DNA of 64,000 bases from Octopus sinensis. Its lineage: Eukaryota. Every line of letters starts with the position of its first letter. Within the stretch, counting starts at the first letter, position 1. Below are positions 61,518 to 64,000 of this stretch, piece after piece. The translations under genes were made by a program, and so were the position numbers. The stretch lies in NCBI RefSeq assembly GCF_006345805.1, contig NC_043019.1, positions 26,659,360 through 26,723,359 of the forward strand. The letters run 5' to 3'. Below the pieces are notes generated by a model. The model saw nothing but the letters and a program-made list of their open reading frames with translations, searched no databases and was not told the DNA's origin.

Positions 61518-61570
61518 CAGACAGGTAGGTAGATAGCTATATAGATAGGTAGGTAGGTAGACAGATAGAC
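61270..61570. repeat. (GATA)n/(CATA)n compound microsatellite with duplicated CACACAAATGGATTGAATTG
   Basis: Direct reading. Confidence 0.8.
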
Positions 61571-61594
61571 ATAAATATATTGATAGAGGGATAT

Positions 61595-62115
61595 ATCTAT
61601 ATATATATAAAACTGTAGTTGTGTGAGTGTCTGTCCCTTTCGATTTAGATTCCTAACTCCTCCCACATTTTGCGGTGCAGTTTAACCAAATTCGGGTATC
61701 TTATAGTCGTGATTAATATCGAGCCCGTCTGGCTATTAGCGCGCGTCTACGAAGAGTCTACGATTTTAAAAATAATTTAACATCATTTTTTATTCCATTT
61801 TAATGCATAATTTTTCGTGTGTCGATGGCGGCGGAGTTGGCGTCCACGCTCAAACACCTGCACCTGTGTTTGCTTCTCCCCCTTCTTCCCTCCCTCATGA
61901 AGCTGTAGGGAAGGGAGTGTAAAGAACTCAACGTCGTAACGCGTTGTCAAGGAGACCAGCGTTCTTTTAGAACAACGACTTCATGGCTTAAAGACACCAA
62001 AACAGAAATGGCTAAGAAAGCCCGAATTGGCATCTATAAAGGAAGTAACTCTCTAAAAATGCTTATATAGTTATTTCCCTTACAAACCCGAGCAACGCCA
62101 GGCGATACTGCTAGT
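61595..62115 (-). mobile_element. Lep1-like Helitron-type element, long form
   Basis: Same termini as 20044-20351 plus ~210 bp of extra interior. Confidence 0.65.
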
Positions 62116-62410
62116 CTTTATATATAAAAGAAAGGTTGTGTGTCTGTCTACTCCGATTTAGATTCCTAACTACTCCCACATTTTGCGGTGCAGTTTAACC
62201 AAAAGCGGGTATCTTATAGTCGTGATTCATATCGAGCCCTTCTGGGTATTAGCGCGCGTCTACGATGAGTCAACGATTTAAAAAAAAATTTACCATAATT
62301 TTTTTTCCATTTTTAATGCATTTTTTGCTAATTTTTGGCTATAACTCTCTAAAAATGCTTTATAGTTATTTCCCTTACAAACCCGAGCAACGCCGGGTGA
62401 TACTGCTAGT
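62116..62410 (-). mobile_element. Lep1-like Helitron-type element, short form, head-to-tail with the previous copy
   Basis: Near reverse complement of 20044-20351; abuts 62115 without a spacer. Confidence 0.68.
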
Positions 62411-62479
62411 TTATATATATATATAAATCTTGGTTTGCAAGATTCTTTATGTGAGTTCGTGTGTTGAAGCATATTCTGT

Positions 62480-62746
62480 TGTGTCTGGGGAGAGTCATTA
62501 TCTTTTTGTGCCTTATAATTTAACGCACTCACTCGTGAAATTTCCACTTATTCCTTATTTTATTTTCCTAAAATTTTCGTTGCGTCTTGCAACCTTTTCA
62601 ATAGACTTGACTACTGAAAAGGTTGCAAAAGGTTGCAAGACGCAACGAAAATTTTAGGAAAATAAAAATAAGGAATAAGTGGAAATTTCACCAGTGAGTG
62701 CGTTAAATTATAAGGCACAAAAAGAAAATGACTCTCCCCAGACACA
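62480..62746. repeat. Near-perfect palindrome, ~120-bp arms, 28-bp spacer
   Basis: 62480-62598 vs 62627-62746; few mismatches seen. Confidence 0.9.
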
Positions 62747-62748
62747 CA

Positions 62749-62824
<76 letters not shown>

Positions 62825-63119
62825 TGGACAGATTGCTAAATAAATTGGTTGGAAATAGATAAGTTTCTTTATTGGCCACACAGGGCTGCACATAGATGGG
62901 ACAAGTTACAAGGTAGAGCTTTTCTTTTGGGGGATGAAAAAAACAAAAAACAAAAAACAAAAGAAACAAAATAAAGGTGGCGTAGGTTTTCGATCAAAAG
63001 GGATCGTAAGAGGGAAAAAAAGAACAAAAAATAAAAAAAAGAAAGAAAAGAAAGGAAAAGGAACAAAAGAAAAGAGAAATGAAAAAAAAGGAAAGAAAAA
63101 AGGGGAAGAGGAAAAAAAT

Positions 63120-63197
<78 letters not shown>

Positions 63198-64000
63198 CAG
63201 ACAGATAAATAGATAAACAGATAAACAAATATATAGATAGATACAAGTATTAACGTATATTTTCATATAAACTGTGTGAACCAAAGAATCTCATTATTCA
63301 ATTTTTTACATCATAAACCTTTATTAATGTCAGCATGTTGTTAATTTCCCACCAGTGACAAATATTGAGTATTTAGCAACACCTGTTAATATGTGTGTAT
63401 GTGTGTGTGTGTGTGTGTGTGTGCGTGCGTGCGTGTGTGTGTGTGTGTGGTGTGTGTGTGTGTGTGTGTGTGTGCATCCCCTTCAATATGAATTGCAGAA
63501 TTAAATAAATGGAAATTGTCCAGCTGAGTTATATACAGGGTGATTGAAAAGTCGCTATACATACATAAGAACATTTTTTTATAATAGTTTTTTTATTTAA
63601 AAATTTTTTTCCCTATGTATTGTATAAAAAGTAAATAAAATTAAGGGGAGATAACTAGTGAAAGCAGCAGATTCCTATACGACATAAAAACTGGTGATCG
63701 CCGCTAGAAAGAGAAGAGGTGTCTTCTTTTTCTCAGTGGAATTTACACAAGAGAAACTCCTGCAGATATGAAACAAAGAATTCGTCCGATGTCCCAGACT
63801 TCCGTTTCACCCGCATCCACATATTTTCTACATTTTGTATGTGGACGTCTTGATCATGAGGATCGACAAAATGTTGTTAGTGTATAATCACCACAGTCAT
63901 TTGACTGTGGCCATGCTGGAACACTGCCTTTAGTCGAGCAAATCGACCCCAGGACTTATTCTTTGTAAGCCTAGTACTTATTCTATCAGTCTGTTTTGCT

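Noticed and set aside
2612-63574. Numerous ORF-track entries with YIYI/CVCV/LSLS/HTHT/poly-F runs or repeated 'LPNPLTR..SRRHLPK' peptides
   Set aside because: Microsatellite and SINE translations, not genes.

Overview
Animal genomic DNA: AT-rich, microsatellite- and SINE-dense, with an intron and repeat landscape typical of an octopod cephalopod (organism is my inference). Two convergent protein-coding genes are present. (1) The last 7 coding exons of an M1-family aminopeptidase (aminopeptidase N-like, ERAP1_C-type C-terminal domain) on +, 387-14852. (2) A complete 9-exon PREB/SEC12 gene on -, 56973-30988, 418 aa, with GT-AG boundaries and consistent phases throughout. The rest is transposon-derived: three tRNA-headed SINE families, RTE-type LINE remnants and 3' tails, a decayed full-length mariner, piggyBac- and hAT-type MITEs and Lep1-like Helitron MITEs. 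The most notable signal is absent from the ORF track. A Penelope-like element (degenerate GIY-YIG ORF, ~340-bp inverted pLTR arms, a hammerhead ribozyme motif in each arm) sits in the first visible aminopeptidase intron. At least four small inverted-repeat elements and one free-standing motif also carry hammerhead cores, and one of the elements has a tRNA-type Pol III head. This points to a ribozyme-carrying, probably Penelope-mobilised non-autonomous retroelement system. A LINE remnant also has its FADD catalytic segment amplified ~6.7x in tandem. All alignments and folds were done by eye; no database search was run.
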